Shown: in pieces, positions 1 to 10,647 of the stretch | Layout of the letters: the number at the start of each line of letters is the position of its first letter | Position numbering within the stretch: the first letter of the stretch is position 1 | NCBI GenBank assembly: GCA_951406725.2 | Contig: OX597829.1 | Coordinates: forward strand, 51,832,001-51,896,000 | DNA length: 64,000 nucleotides | Origin: Octopus vulgaris | Lineage: Eukaryota | Direction: 5' to 3' | The notes under the pieces: generated by a model | Told to the model about the DNA's origin: nothing | The model's input: only the letters and a program-made list of their open reading frames with translations | The model's database searches: none | Made by a program: the position numbers and the translations under genes

Positions 1-195
1 TGTTAGTGCTACTTTCCGTGAGGTCTACGTGAGCAAATTTACTTTAATGGATGATCTACGCGCGTATTTAATTATTATATGTTTTTCCCCTATCATTAAA
101 ACAGTAAGAATTTGAAAAAAAAACAGTAAAAATTTTAAAGAAATACATTTACAATGCTAAATATGAACAAAATTATTTAAAAAGTAACCTATGTA

Positions 196-569
196 GGCAC
201 AGGAGTGGCTGCGTGGTAAGTAACTTGCTTACCAACCACATGGTTCCGGGTTCAATCTAGTATAGGCTCGGGCCGACCAAAGCCTTGTGAGTGGATTTGG
301 TAGACGGAAACTGAAAGAAGCCCGTCGTATATATGTATATATATATATGTATGTAGATGTGTATATGTTTGTGTGTCCGTGTTTGTCCCCCCCACTGTCC
401 CTTGACAACCGATGCTGGTGTGTTTACGTCCCAGTAACTTAGCGGTTCGGCGAAAGAAGCCGATAGAATAAGTACTAGGCTTACAAAGAATAAGCCCTGG
501 GGTCGATTTGCTCGACTAAAGGCGGTGCTCTAGCATGGCCACAGTCAAATGACTGAAACAAGTAAAAAG
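196..569 (+). mobile_element. SINE family A (tRNA-like head, CORE-like segment, internal microsatellite, shared tail), internally deleted copy
   Basis: Head GGCACAGGAGTGGCTGCGTGGTAAG...GGTTCAAT and tail ...GCATGGCCACAGTCAAATGACTGAAACAAGTAAAA match the copies at 29092 and 35899. Confidence 0.85.
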
Positions 570-1219
570 GTAATCTCCCCTGTAGATCACACACCAAAGT
601 AGCACCAATCCCTCAAACACACAATAAAAACTTGTACAACATTTTTCACATAACTACGATCAGAAGCTAAACGAAATTCGAGTAGATGTGTGATTTTTTG
701 ATACAATAAACACACACGTATGTACGCCCATTTGTCCGTACATATATATATCAGACTAGTTCAAATATGTTTGCGACATGCTTAAATTCCTAAAGCTAAT
801 TTCATTGTAGTTTATCACGGAGTAAAAATTATCGTTTATGGCAAATAATGTAAATATATCATTATCAGCTTGATGTTACCCTCTATTGCCACCCCCACCA
901 GATGCATTTCTGACTTCTTAAACTGTCCTTAGTTGAGAATACCAAAGAAAGGAAACCCTGAGATGACAGTAAGTCTTAGCTTTATAATAAATCAGTCAAT
1001 ACTAGTGAATGGTTTTCGCTCGTTGACCGCCCTCTCTCAAGAAATATATAAGTAGTAGCGCAAAGCATTTGATGCAAAATAAACTTTAGGTTGGTTCAAA
1101 TATGTTTGTGACATATTTTAACTTCCGAAAGCAACTTCAAAAAAAAAAACTCACTTATTGTAAAGTTGTAAACACACCGTTAGCAGCTCATGATGCCGTG
1201 TTGGTTCAATAGATGCATT

Positions 1220-1643
1220 GGATCTTTTCCTTTTTAACGGCACTTTGTAACATAATTTCTAGGTAACTAAAAAGTTTTAAACTTCGTATACTGGTAGAAT
1301 GTGTTTATAAAACATCATTTTCTCTTGGCTTTATTGAGAAAATTCTATAGTTTGTAAGATATTTCGTCTGAAATTACTTGCATTTCGGCAATTTTAACCA
1401 ATCACTGGAGTTTATTTAGGTAAATAACATTCTGTGCATTATGAATATGTCCCTCCTTTAAGAAACAGATTGGGTTTATTTACATTTGTGAAGAAAAAAG
1501 ATACCCTTCCCAACCCCTAACCCTAACTCTAACCCTAAATCTAAAATAGATTGAAATGCAATAGATCGATACTAGGGTTATAATTATGGGTGACAATTTC
1601 ATACGACACCGCTACGGAAAATGGGATTTTTTTCTAGCGATCC
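1220..1643. mobile_element. Merlin-type MITE (GGATC termini), inverted copy of the 18522-18930 family
   Basis: 8-bp TSD GATGCATT at 1212-1219 and 1644-1651. The body is the reverse complement of 18522-18930. Confidence 0.8.
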
Positions 1644-1679
1644 GATGCATTTCTCTTAATGCATTTCGTTAAGCTGTCA

Positions 1680-2073
1680 TCATACGCATAAAAGTAAAGT
1701 TGTGTGTCTGTCTCCTACGATTTAGATTCCTAATTACTCCCACATTTTGCGGTGCAGTTTAACCAAAACCGGGTATCTTATAGTCGTGATTCATATCGAG
1801 CCCTTCTGGGTATTAGCGCGCGTCTACGATGAGTCTACGGTTTAAAAAAAAATTTACCATAATTTTTTCCCATTTTAATGCATTTTTTGGCTATTATATA
1901 AGGGAAGTAACTCTCTAAAAATGTCTACGATGAGTCAACGATTTAAAAAAATTTACCATAATTTTTTTCCATTTTTAATGCATTTTTTTGCTATTTTTTG
2001 GCTATAACTCTCTAAAATTGCTTATATAGTTATTTCCCTTACAAACCCGAGCAACACCGGGCGATACTGCTAG
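1680..2073 (+). mobile_element. Non-autonomous Helitron
   Basis: A|TC 5' end, subterminal hairpin CCCGAGCAACACCGGG, and CTAG|T 3' end at 2070-2074. No TSD. Contains an internal ~100-bp tandem repeat. Confidence 0.75.
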
Positions 2074-2649
2074 TTTATTATGTATTAATGTATGTGTACT
2101 TGTGTATGCGCACCTATACCAATATATGGCTGTTATTGTACCAACGGCTTTGTATTTTGTTGCTTTTGTGGTGAAGTATATGTTTTAAAAAAGGCTATTA
2201 TTTGTTGATGACGTGATAAGAATTTATAAAGTTTCGAGAGAACGCAAAATAATTCTTTTTATTTTTTTAACTAGATCTCGAAGCACATATAAAGCTATAA
2301 ATAACAGCTTGTAAATATTGAATAAAAAAACCCTTTTTGTATGTAAAAATTCGAAAGCTGCTCCTGGGATTCGAACCCACATCTGTAGATATGACGAGCG
2401 TTCTACCATGGTAGGCGCTTTTTTTTTTCCAACCCAATAATTACAAGTTATTATTAGGTTAGCGAAAGGGCGAGCGTCAGACCGATAGTGATTATGTCCC
2501 TTTGCGTTCTAAATACGACCCAGCAATTGTGCTTAGAAGCAGTTGTGATCGTTCAGTGAATATAAAAGAACCAGAACGCTTTAAGAGTTCTTGTCGTGAA
2601 GAGTTTTGGGGGTAAGAAACAACCTATGGGGAAAATAATACTTTAAAAT

Positions 2650-2872
2650 GGCAATCTTTCGTCTCTAGTAGACCTTTCCGTCGATTTCCGTAAAAGAATT
2701 TTTTTTTTTACATATGGGCTTGCGGGAACTTTTGAAGTAATGAGAGCGAAAGAGACTAAGAGAAAGCGATTATATGACGAGGGAAGTTCTTTTGAAGTTA
2801 CCTCTGTCTCTTCACACACACTAACAGAAGCACTTCACTTACACAACATACTGTCTGTCTCCCACACCCCAT

Positions 2873-2908
<36 letters not shown>

Positions 2909-3080
2909 CATCAATGCTTCCCATGCACGGTAACTTCAAAAGAACTTCCCTCGTCATACAATCGCTTTCTCTTAGTCTCTTTCGCTCTCATTACTTCAAA
3001 AGTTCCCGCAAGCCCATAAGTAAAAAAAAAATTTTTTTACGGAAATCGACGGAAATGTCTACTAGAGACGAAAGATTGCC
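2650..3080. mobile_element. Fold-back MITE, GGCAATCTTTCG family (Merlin-type), copy 1
   Basis: ~150-bp near-perfect terminal inverted repeats, flanked by the 17-bp direct repeat AAATAATACTTTAAAAT. Confidence 0.85.
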
Positions 3081-3908
3081 AAATAATACTTTAAAATTAG
3101 TATGTGGTCACTCGACCTGCAAAAACTGCAGCCAAAAAGAAAAGAAAAGAAAAGAAAAAGAAATAAAGCAAATGAAAAAAAGGAAGAAAGAAAAAACCTC
3201 AGCACCCTACTATCTTTAAAAAGGCCATACTGGAGATAGTGATAATCTTTTGTCGGTAAAAAGGAAAGATGGAATAGTTGCATGAATACGTGTGACTTCA
3301 GTCCTCTGGAATGGAGGTTAATCAACTAAAATAGTCGGGGAAGTAGGAATACATACAACCAAAAGAGAACCGAAAGCAAAATGCTACTTTTCATCTCCCA
3401 ATTCAAACTATTCTTGATTAAATCGAAAATAAAAGTATTTGCATAAAACTGATTAATGTCATTCCTCGTATAAAAATATGGAAATCAAGATCCCCTTTGA
3501 ATTCTATTTTCTATACAAGAGTAGGAAATAAAACTCAAAAAGGTTTTCTTTCAATGGCAATATTTTTTTATTATATTTAATAATCTAAAGGCGATGGAGT
3601 TGAGGCGGAAACCGAACCTCTAGTTTTTACTTTCGTTATTTCACAATCAGATCCTTCCTAAGCCGACTTTGTGTTATGTATAAAGAATCGATAAAAGTCC
3701 AATAATGGGATCGATTCAACTGACTTCTACGGTCCCCCCCCCCCCGAATTTGTAGCAATATTAAAAATCAATAGTATTTAACTACGATTCCCTTACCTCC
3801 CGCTACACACACAGATGCAAGCACGCACGCGCGCTTACGAGCGCGTGTAATTATGAATGTACGAACATATTTTAACATTTTACACACATATAGAGAGAGC
3901 AAGATGTT

Positions 3909-3918
3909 GATAGATAGA

Positions 3919-3950
<32 letters not shown>

Positions 3951-4021
3951 TAAATAGATAGATAGGTAGGTAGGTAGGTAGGTAGATAGATGGATAGATA
4001 GATAGACAGACAGACAGACAT

Positions 4022-4070
<49 letters not shown>

Positions 4071-4169
4071 CAGATATATAGATAGATAGATAGACAGACA
4101 TATAGACAGATATATAGATAGATAGATAGATAGACAGACATATAGATAGATAGATAGATAGACAGACAT

Positions 4170-4203
<34 letters not shown>

Positions 4204-4257
4204 TGATAGATAGATAGATAGATAGACAGACATAGATAGACAGACAGACAGACAGAC

Positions 4258-4304
<47 letters not shown>

Positions 4305-4341
4305 CAGATAGATAGACAGACAGATAGATAGACAGACAGAC

Positions 4342-4427
<86 letters not shown>

Positions 4428-4450
4428 TTAGACAGATAGATAGATAGACA
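3909..4450. repeat. Compound (GATA/GACA)n microsatellite
   Basis: Direct reading; source of the YLSI-rich ORFs. Confidence 0.97.
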
Positions 4451-5044
4451 CAGGCATATGTGCGCGCATTTATTGGTGCATGCACACATACATATATATT
4501 ATATACATACATAAATATATACACAGACGCACGTACGCGTAACAGGGACATCAGGTTGTGCAAGGAAAAGGTTGCACATCCACCAGATATAACAACTTCC
4601 TAGATATTAAGCTCCCTCAATAATATAATCATTAGTCATATCGCTAAACTAATTTCTTTGTTTTGGTTTCTAGTTAAGAAATATTGCAGCAGTTGTTTCT
4701 AAGATATCATTATACATTCCGACAGTTATTTGTATAATGGTGTGGCGTAATTAGGTGACAAAAAATATGAGGGACAAGTTTGAACTCCTATCTCTGCATA
4801 TTCTCTGTCCCTTTTTGTAAAGAGAATCTAATTTTCTTTCTAATGTAATTTGTTTTCAAATCTAATAAATTTGTCAACCGAAACCGATTTTCTTTCTAAT
4901 GTCGTAATTTTGTTTTCAAATCTAAATAAAGCACAGAGACAGAATTAAGTCAGTTCTATGATCTGGTAAGCTGGGTGTTGACGTCACAATATCAGCTGTT
5001 GATTCTAGGAATCGGTCTAAGTATTTCCCATAAAACAATTTATT

Positions 5045-5493
5045 GGCAATCTTTCGTCTCTAGTGGCAATCTTTCGTCTCTAGTAGACCTTTCCGTCGAT
5101 TTCCGTAAAAAAATTTTTTTTTTACATATGGGCTTGCGGGAACCTTTGAAGTAATGAGAGCGAAAGAGACTAAGAGAAAGCGATTGTATGACGAGGGAAG
5201 TTCTTTTGAAGTTACCGTGCATGGGAAGCATTGATGGACATGTGCGTGTGTGTGTGTGTTTGATGGGGTGTGTGAGACAGACAGTATGTTGTGTAAGTGA
5301 AGTGCTTCTGTTAGTGTGTGTGTGAAGAGACAGAGTAATGTGTGAAAGAAAGAGATAACTGAAATTTGTTACTCGGTGTATGTGTATATATGTATGTATA
5401 TTACTTCAAAAGTTCCCGCAAGCCCATATGTAAAAAAAAATAAATTTTTTTACGGAAATCGACGGAAAGGTCTACTAGAGACGAAAGATCGCC
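5045..5493. mobile_element. GGCAATCTTTCG-family MITE, copy 2
   Basis: GGCAAT...ATCGCC termini, ~90-bp TIR and 8-bp TSD AATTTATT (5037-5044 and 5494-5501). The first 20 bp are tandemly duplicated. Confidence 0.85.
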
Positions 5494-5865
5494 AATTTAT
5501 TAGTGTTGATCTTAACTGCTATAGGATAACAGTATCAGTGAATTTTAAAAAAGATACTCTTATTTTTACTGTATAATTCGTTCAGGGGAAAGTTGCATTG
5601 ACACGCATGTAGTACATTCTCCTGCAACAGGAAAAGTTTTAGTCTTTCACCGGTATTATTTGAAAAAATTGCAGAATACACTCTGTGACAATAAAACTAC
5701 CATATTCCTGTGAATACCGTGTTTGACGACTTAAATGGCGCACGGCCTTTCAAGACGCACTTAAATTTTTGATAGATTCTTTCAGTCATTGCCTATTAAT
5801 GAACCAAACCCTAATTTGATAAGATAGTGGTGCATTTTCTGGGACTTTGGGTGTGTGTGTATTCT

Positions 5866-6035
5866 TTTATGTTTTGGTCATTTGACTGTGGCCATGCTGG
5901 AGTACCACCTTGAAGGGTTTCAGTCGAACAAATCGACCCCATGACTTATTCTATCGGCCCCTTTTGCCAAACCGCTGAGTTACGGAGACGTAAACACACC
6001 AACACCGGTTATTAAGCGGTGGTAGTGGACAAACA
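5866..6035 (-). mobile_element. SINE family A 3' tail fragment
   Basis: Reverse complement of the family A tail (GTCATTTGACTGTGGCCATGCTGGAG). Confidence 0.75.
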
Positions 6036-6082
6036 GACACACACACATATATATAAAATAGCATTATTAAGTATAAAATTTT

Positions 6083-6430
6083 AAGTTAGAACAAGGCATG
6101 AGGATGTGGAAACAGCATCGACCTGTTTAGAAATAGGAGCTAAATTCCTAATTCAACCGCCGGAAAGCACCAAATAACAGGAAAAACAACAGTGGGCCAG
6201 GAAACAGATTAAGAATTAGGACATTAAAAAGCATATCTTTAAAGAATATGCCTTTCAGATGAATATATTCTTTAAAGATATGCTTTTCATTGTCTTAATT
6301 CTTTATCCGTTTCCTGGCCTGCTCTTGTTTTTCTGCCATTTGGTGCTTTCCGGCGGTTGAATTAGGAATTTAGCTCCTATTTCTAAACAGGTCGATGCTG
6401 TTTCCACATCCTCATGCCTTGTTCTAACTT
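6083..6430. repeat. Long inverted repeat (fold-back), arms ~165 bp
   Basis: AAGTTAGAACAAGGCATGAGG... pairs with ...CCTCATGCCTTGTTCTAACTT across a short central loop. Confidence 0.92.
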
Positions 6431-6435
6431 TAAAT

Positions 6436-6495
<60 letters not shown>

Positions 6496-6500
6496 TGTGT

Positions 6501-6870
6501 GGTAATCTTTCGGCTCAGGACGTTTAAAAAAGTAAATCAGCATCTTCACCCACAAAGTGATTGTGCACCTAGGAGGACTTTGTGGATCCAACAAATGAGG
6601 ACGTCCACACGCAAAAAGCGGAGAATATGTGGATGCGGGTGAAAAGAAAAATTACGGCGACAATTCGGAACGTCGGACAATTCATTTGTGTCATATTTAC
6701 ACGAATTCACATGGAGGAATTCTGTTTAAAAAAAAAAAAAAGACTTGTTCACTTTTTGGTGACGATAGCACAGGTCTACGTTGTTTAATAGTTGACTTAT
6801 TTATTCCCCCTTGTTATTTCCCCTCTTACGTTTATTTACTTTTTTAAACTCCCTAAACTGAAAGATTACC
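6501..6870 (+). mobile_element. Internally deleted Merlin (IS1016/IS1595-like) DNA transposon with transposase C-terminal remnant
   Basis: 37-bp TIRs starting GGTAATCTTTC (32/37 match). Translation gives FVDPTNEDVHTQKAENMWMRVKRK, then YLHEFTWR after a frameshift; these are hallmark motifs of ISXO2/IS1595-family DDE transposases. Confidence 0.8.
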
Positions 6871-7016
6871 TATATATATATATATAGGGAACGTGAAACT
6901 CAGAGTAACAGGTTTTGTTGAATTTCTGCTGCTTTTAAATAAAGCATTTTACTCTACCCCTGGTGTTTGAGTACTCTTTTTTTCCACCTTGTTTCACATT
7001 TATGTGTTTACTCCGG

Positions 7017-7019
<3 letters not shown>

Positions 7020-7052
<33 letters not shown>

Positions 7053-7245
7053 TGTATGTATGTATGTATGTATGTATGTATGTATGTATGTATGTATGTA
7101 TGTATGTATGTATGTATGTGTGTGTATGTATGTGTGTGTGTGCATGTATGTATGTATGTGTGTGTATGTATGTATGCATGCATGTATGTATGTGTGTGTG
7201 TGTGTGTATGTATGTGTATGTGTGTGTGTGTATGTATGTATGTAT
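7020..7245. repeat. (TATG/TG)n microsatellite
   Basis: Direct reading. Confidence 0.97.
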
Positions 7246-7246
7246 C

Positions 7247-7475
7247 AGCTGTGTGATAGGAAGTTTACTTCCCAACCACATCGTTTCAGGTTCAGTCCCA
7301 CTACGTGGCACCTCGGGCAAGTGTTTTCAGTTATAGCCTTGGGCCAACCAAAGCCTTGTGAGTGGATTTGGTAGATGGAAACTGAAAGAAGCCCGCCGTG
7401 TATATATGTCTGTGCGCGCGCGCGCGTGTGTGTGCATGGCCGCCGTCTAATGACTGAAACATGTAGAAGATAAAA
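7247..7475 (+). mobile_element. SINE family A, deleted copy
   Basis: GGTTCAGTCCCACTACGTGGCACCTCGGGCAAGTG...GTGAGTGGATTTGGTAG, followed by a tail remnant. Confidence 0.8.
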
Positions 7476-7519
7476 GCAAAAATAAGATATGTATGCATTA
7501 AATTTTACAATAAAATTGT

Positions 7520-9470
7520 TGACTCTATCCTCCGTATTGAGTTTAGCAGACAGGCTTGTGTTTCGGAGAGAAAATGAGGTTTCAGATCTGAACAAGATGA
7601 ACTATTTTCAATGTATGGGAAACTGGTAAGACACCATTGTGTTGCATGGTGACTCCAAACGGCGTGCAGCGACATCAAGATGTCAGTGGAAGGAGTGATC
7701 TCGGGTGATGAAATGGGGAAGAAAAACAGTTACAATGATGCAAGATATCTTGGTGAGAGTGAGAGCAGAGGATCGGGAGAAGGGCAGCTGGTATGTGCCT
7801 GAAACAGAAAAAGGGATCGTATGGTGTGACGCAAGGAGCATAATGATAGCAGTAATTTCCGAAATGATTCGGGAAGAAAAATAATTACGACCACATGAAT
7901 GTAACTGAACTGGACGCTGTGTTGAAAGGTGTGAACTTAGCGCTTAGATGGGGACTACGTGCTGTCGAGATTCGGACTGATTCTGCCTCGGTACAGGGGT
8001 GGGTGGCTCAGTAATTACCAATCAGAAGAGTATCCGAATGAAAGGGGCCGCGGAAATGATAAGCGCCACCTGAAAATCTTGAGAGAGTTAGCTGATAAGT
8101 TTGGCCTGAAGCCGTAAGGTAGTTTTTGTGCCTGTGAATAAAAACAAAAGCAGATGTTCTAACGAGGGTTTTAAAAAAAAAAAAAAACGACAACACTGGT
8201 TGAAAGTGACAGAGGATTCGTTGTGTGTAGTGGTTGCAACATGTCTGCTGGAGGGCCCAAAGCTGAGGAAGCTGCACAACATGTACCACATGGGAGTCGA
8301 TAGGACTCTATTTTTGGCAAGAATGGCCGATCCTGTTGTCGCAAGGTAGTTGGTAGTTGCAACTGGTGTCAGTCCTTCAGCCTCGCACCGAGTGTGCATG
8401 AGACTGGAAATATTCGAGTGGAGGAAGACTGGAAGAGTCTAGCGATAAACGTAACGCACAATTTGTGAAGGTTGTACCTGTGGACCAGGATGGATGAAGG
8501 GAAATCAGGATTGGGACTGCGGCCGAACTTGCAAACTTACTCAATACAGTATTCTTGAAAAGGAGACCAGTAGATAAGCTGTTGGTGGACAACAGCACAA
8601 CGTTTCTTTCGGAGCAGCTGAAGGAACTGCTCGAAAAATGGAACATCAGCTATTTCTTCAGAGCTGTATACAGGCCCAGTGGAAATGAAATTGTGGTATG
8701 ACACCATCGCACAATCAAAGTCATAACTGGGAGGGGACGAATCTTCCCCAGTGAGGCAGTTTTTTGTACACTATGTTGCCCAGGATAGGACAAGCTGAGG
8801 CGCAAAGAGTCATATGCCAGTACGAATGGAGACACCCAAATGCAGAACGGCAGCAGGCGGAAGTGGAAGGGTCTGTACTTCATGTTTTCAAGTCGGAGAC
8901 AAAATGTGGGTGAAGCCACCTAATGCATGGTGCAGAACTCAGTGGAAGAAAGGAAAGATGACTGCAGTTAAAACTCGGTATAACGTATCAGTGGACGGAA
9001 CTCCGCATCACATCTTGGACGTTCGTAAAGTTGTTAGCTCCTCTGATGACGAAGGAAAGGGAGAGGCCAGCCCCATGATATTGCGAAGATATCCAGATGG
9101 ATGGACGACTTTGAAATGGAATAGAATGGAGATGATCTTTAGATCGGGGCGGAGCGGGGAGTGAAGGGATATGTTGAGACCGGAAGCAAAGGGGAGTGAC
9201 ACTGCGTCAAGAAGCGGAGCATTTGAACAGCCTATTTGATGGAACAGACTCGGAGGCGAAGGACGCATGGAGCGAATTTCGTAGGAACAGTAGTTTCTGA
9301 CCAGAGGATGGGATAGTATACACATGTAGGAACGTCCAACGAGTTTTTCTGATCTTAGAGGAGTGTAGCTTTTTACTCTATTCGGAAGTACGCCTCGAAG
9401 AGCATTTGTATTTTACCCCGTCCCTTCTACATTGATTTTAATACGCATACGTAAGGAAAAATTTATTTCA
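7520..9470 (+). mobile_element. Decayed Ty3/Gypsy LTR retrotransposon (RNase H and integrase remnants, PPT, probable 3' LTR)
   Basis: Frameshifted motifs GIVWCDA and DAVLKGVNLALRWGLRAVEIRTDSASVQGW (RNase H), HMGVDRTLFLA (integrase N-terminus) and LVDNSTTF...YRPSGNEIV (integrase core). A purine tract at ~9145-9161 is followed by TG. The LTR end is uncertain. Confidence 0.8.
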
Positions 9471-10647
9471 GTTGGTTCAGTCTGTTGTTACTTTGAAGTT
9501 TCTCTCTGTGGCTGGTTTCTCAGACAGCTGACCTGCTTCATTTTTCGAACCTACCGCCCTTTTCAAGCCTTCATTGACCAGTAGCATGAAGGAAAGATGT
9601 TATCTCTAGATTATAGATGTTGCCTGTTGCTTGCTACAGAGTATTCTAAGCTAAAGACATCCAAAAACTCAGTGACGTGTTAAACCGGGCGACGACAACT
9701 AGTTATTAACGAGAGTGAGTGAAGTAGAAAAATACTTACTTGATGTGAATATAATTGTGTTATTATGCTGCAGGAGGATACTAGTAAACGTATTTAGGTG
9801 GGTGTCCACCCCGGGCGATGCTTTTATGGAGGCGACACTTTCGGATCTGCTGTATATGTCTGCAAAAGGAAGGCAGCAAACTCAAGAGTGGCACACACTC
9901 TAGCTGCATCGCTGGAAGAGACTAGAGGGCCAAGTGCTTACTGAAGGGTGCTTCCCGGGTCTCTGTTCTTCGCTTAGTGTATGTCTGACATATCTTAATG
10001 TTAAACGTGGATGGCGCCCGCAAACAAATTATTATGGTAAAGCATGTTTTGTTAGAAGTACTAATAAGAACCTCGGTAATGTTTAGAAAGAAGAGTAAGA
10101 TGAACTATCTCTAAAACTTTGGTGGAAAGACGAAAGTCATTAGAATTTACGTTAGAGTGAGGCCTGCTAGCACACACTACAATGGCATGTTTTGATAGGA
10201 AACTCTCAATCTAATATACGAGAGATGGATGTAGAACATAAGGCAAACAATTCAAATAGGACACTCTTATTTCAGACATGGTCAGAGACTGATGGTGTTG
10301 TGGTGTTGCTGTAGTTTAAACCCAGGTCAGCTCTGATCGAACAGATCTCTGATCAAGTCCTCCTACATACGTTTGAGCAAGCCTTTTATTTTAACGTTTT
10401 ATATTTTGTATGAATAAATGTTGATGGATAGAATTGCCCCCAGTAACAAAATAAAAGGAATTACGAGCTAGCAGAATCGGTATAGTACCGGGGAAAACGC
10501 TCTGCTGCATTTCTGGTTCTTTACGTTCTGAGTTCAAATCTTGCCGACGTCAGCTTTACTTTTCATCCCTCCAGGATCAATACAATAAAGAAACGATGTC
10601 GACTGTATCAACTACCTCTTTCCCCTCAGAATCACTGGTAGCATGCC

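Noticed and set aside
2357-2418. tRNA-like sequence on the minus strand with a GGTTCGAATCCC B box
   Set aside because: No complete cloverleaf or acceptor stem can be formed; at most a SINE-head or pseudo-tRNA fragment.
3768-4563. Long ORFs (133-227 aa) rich in YLSI
   Set aside because: Translation artefacts of (GATA)n. The same applies to the MYVC/HTYI ORFs at 6935-7374 and 28251-28856.
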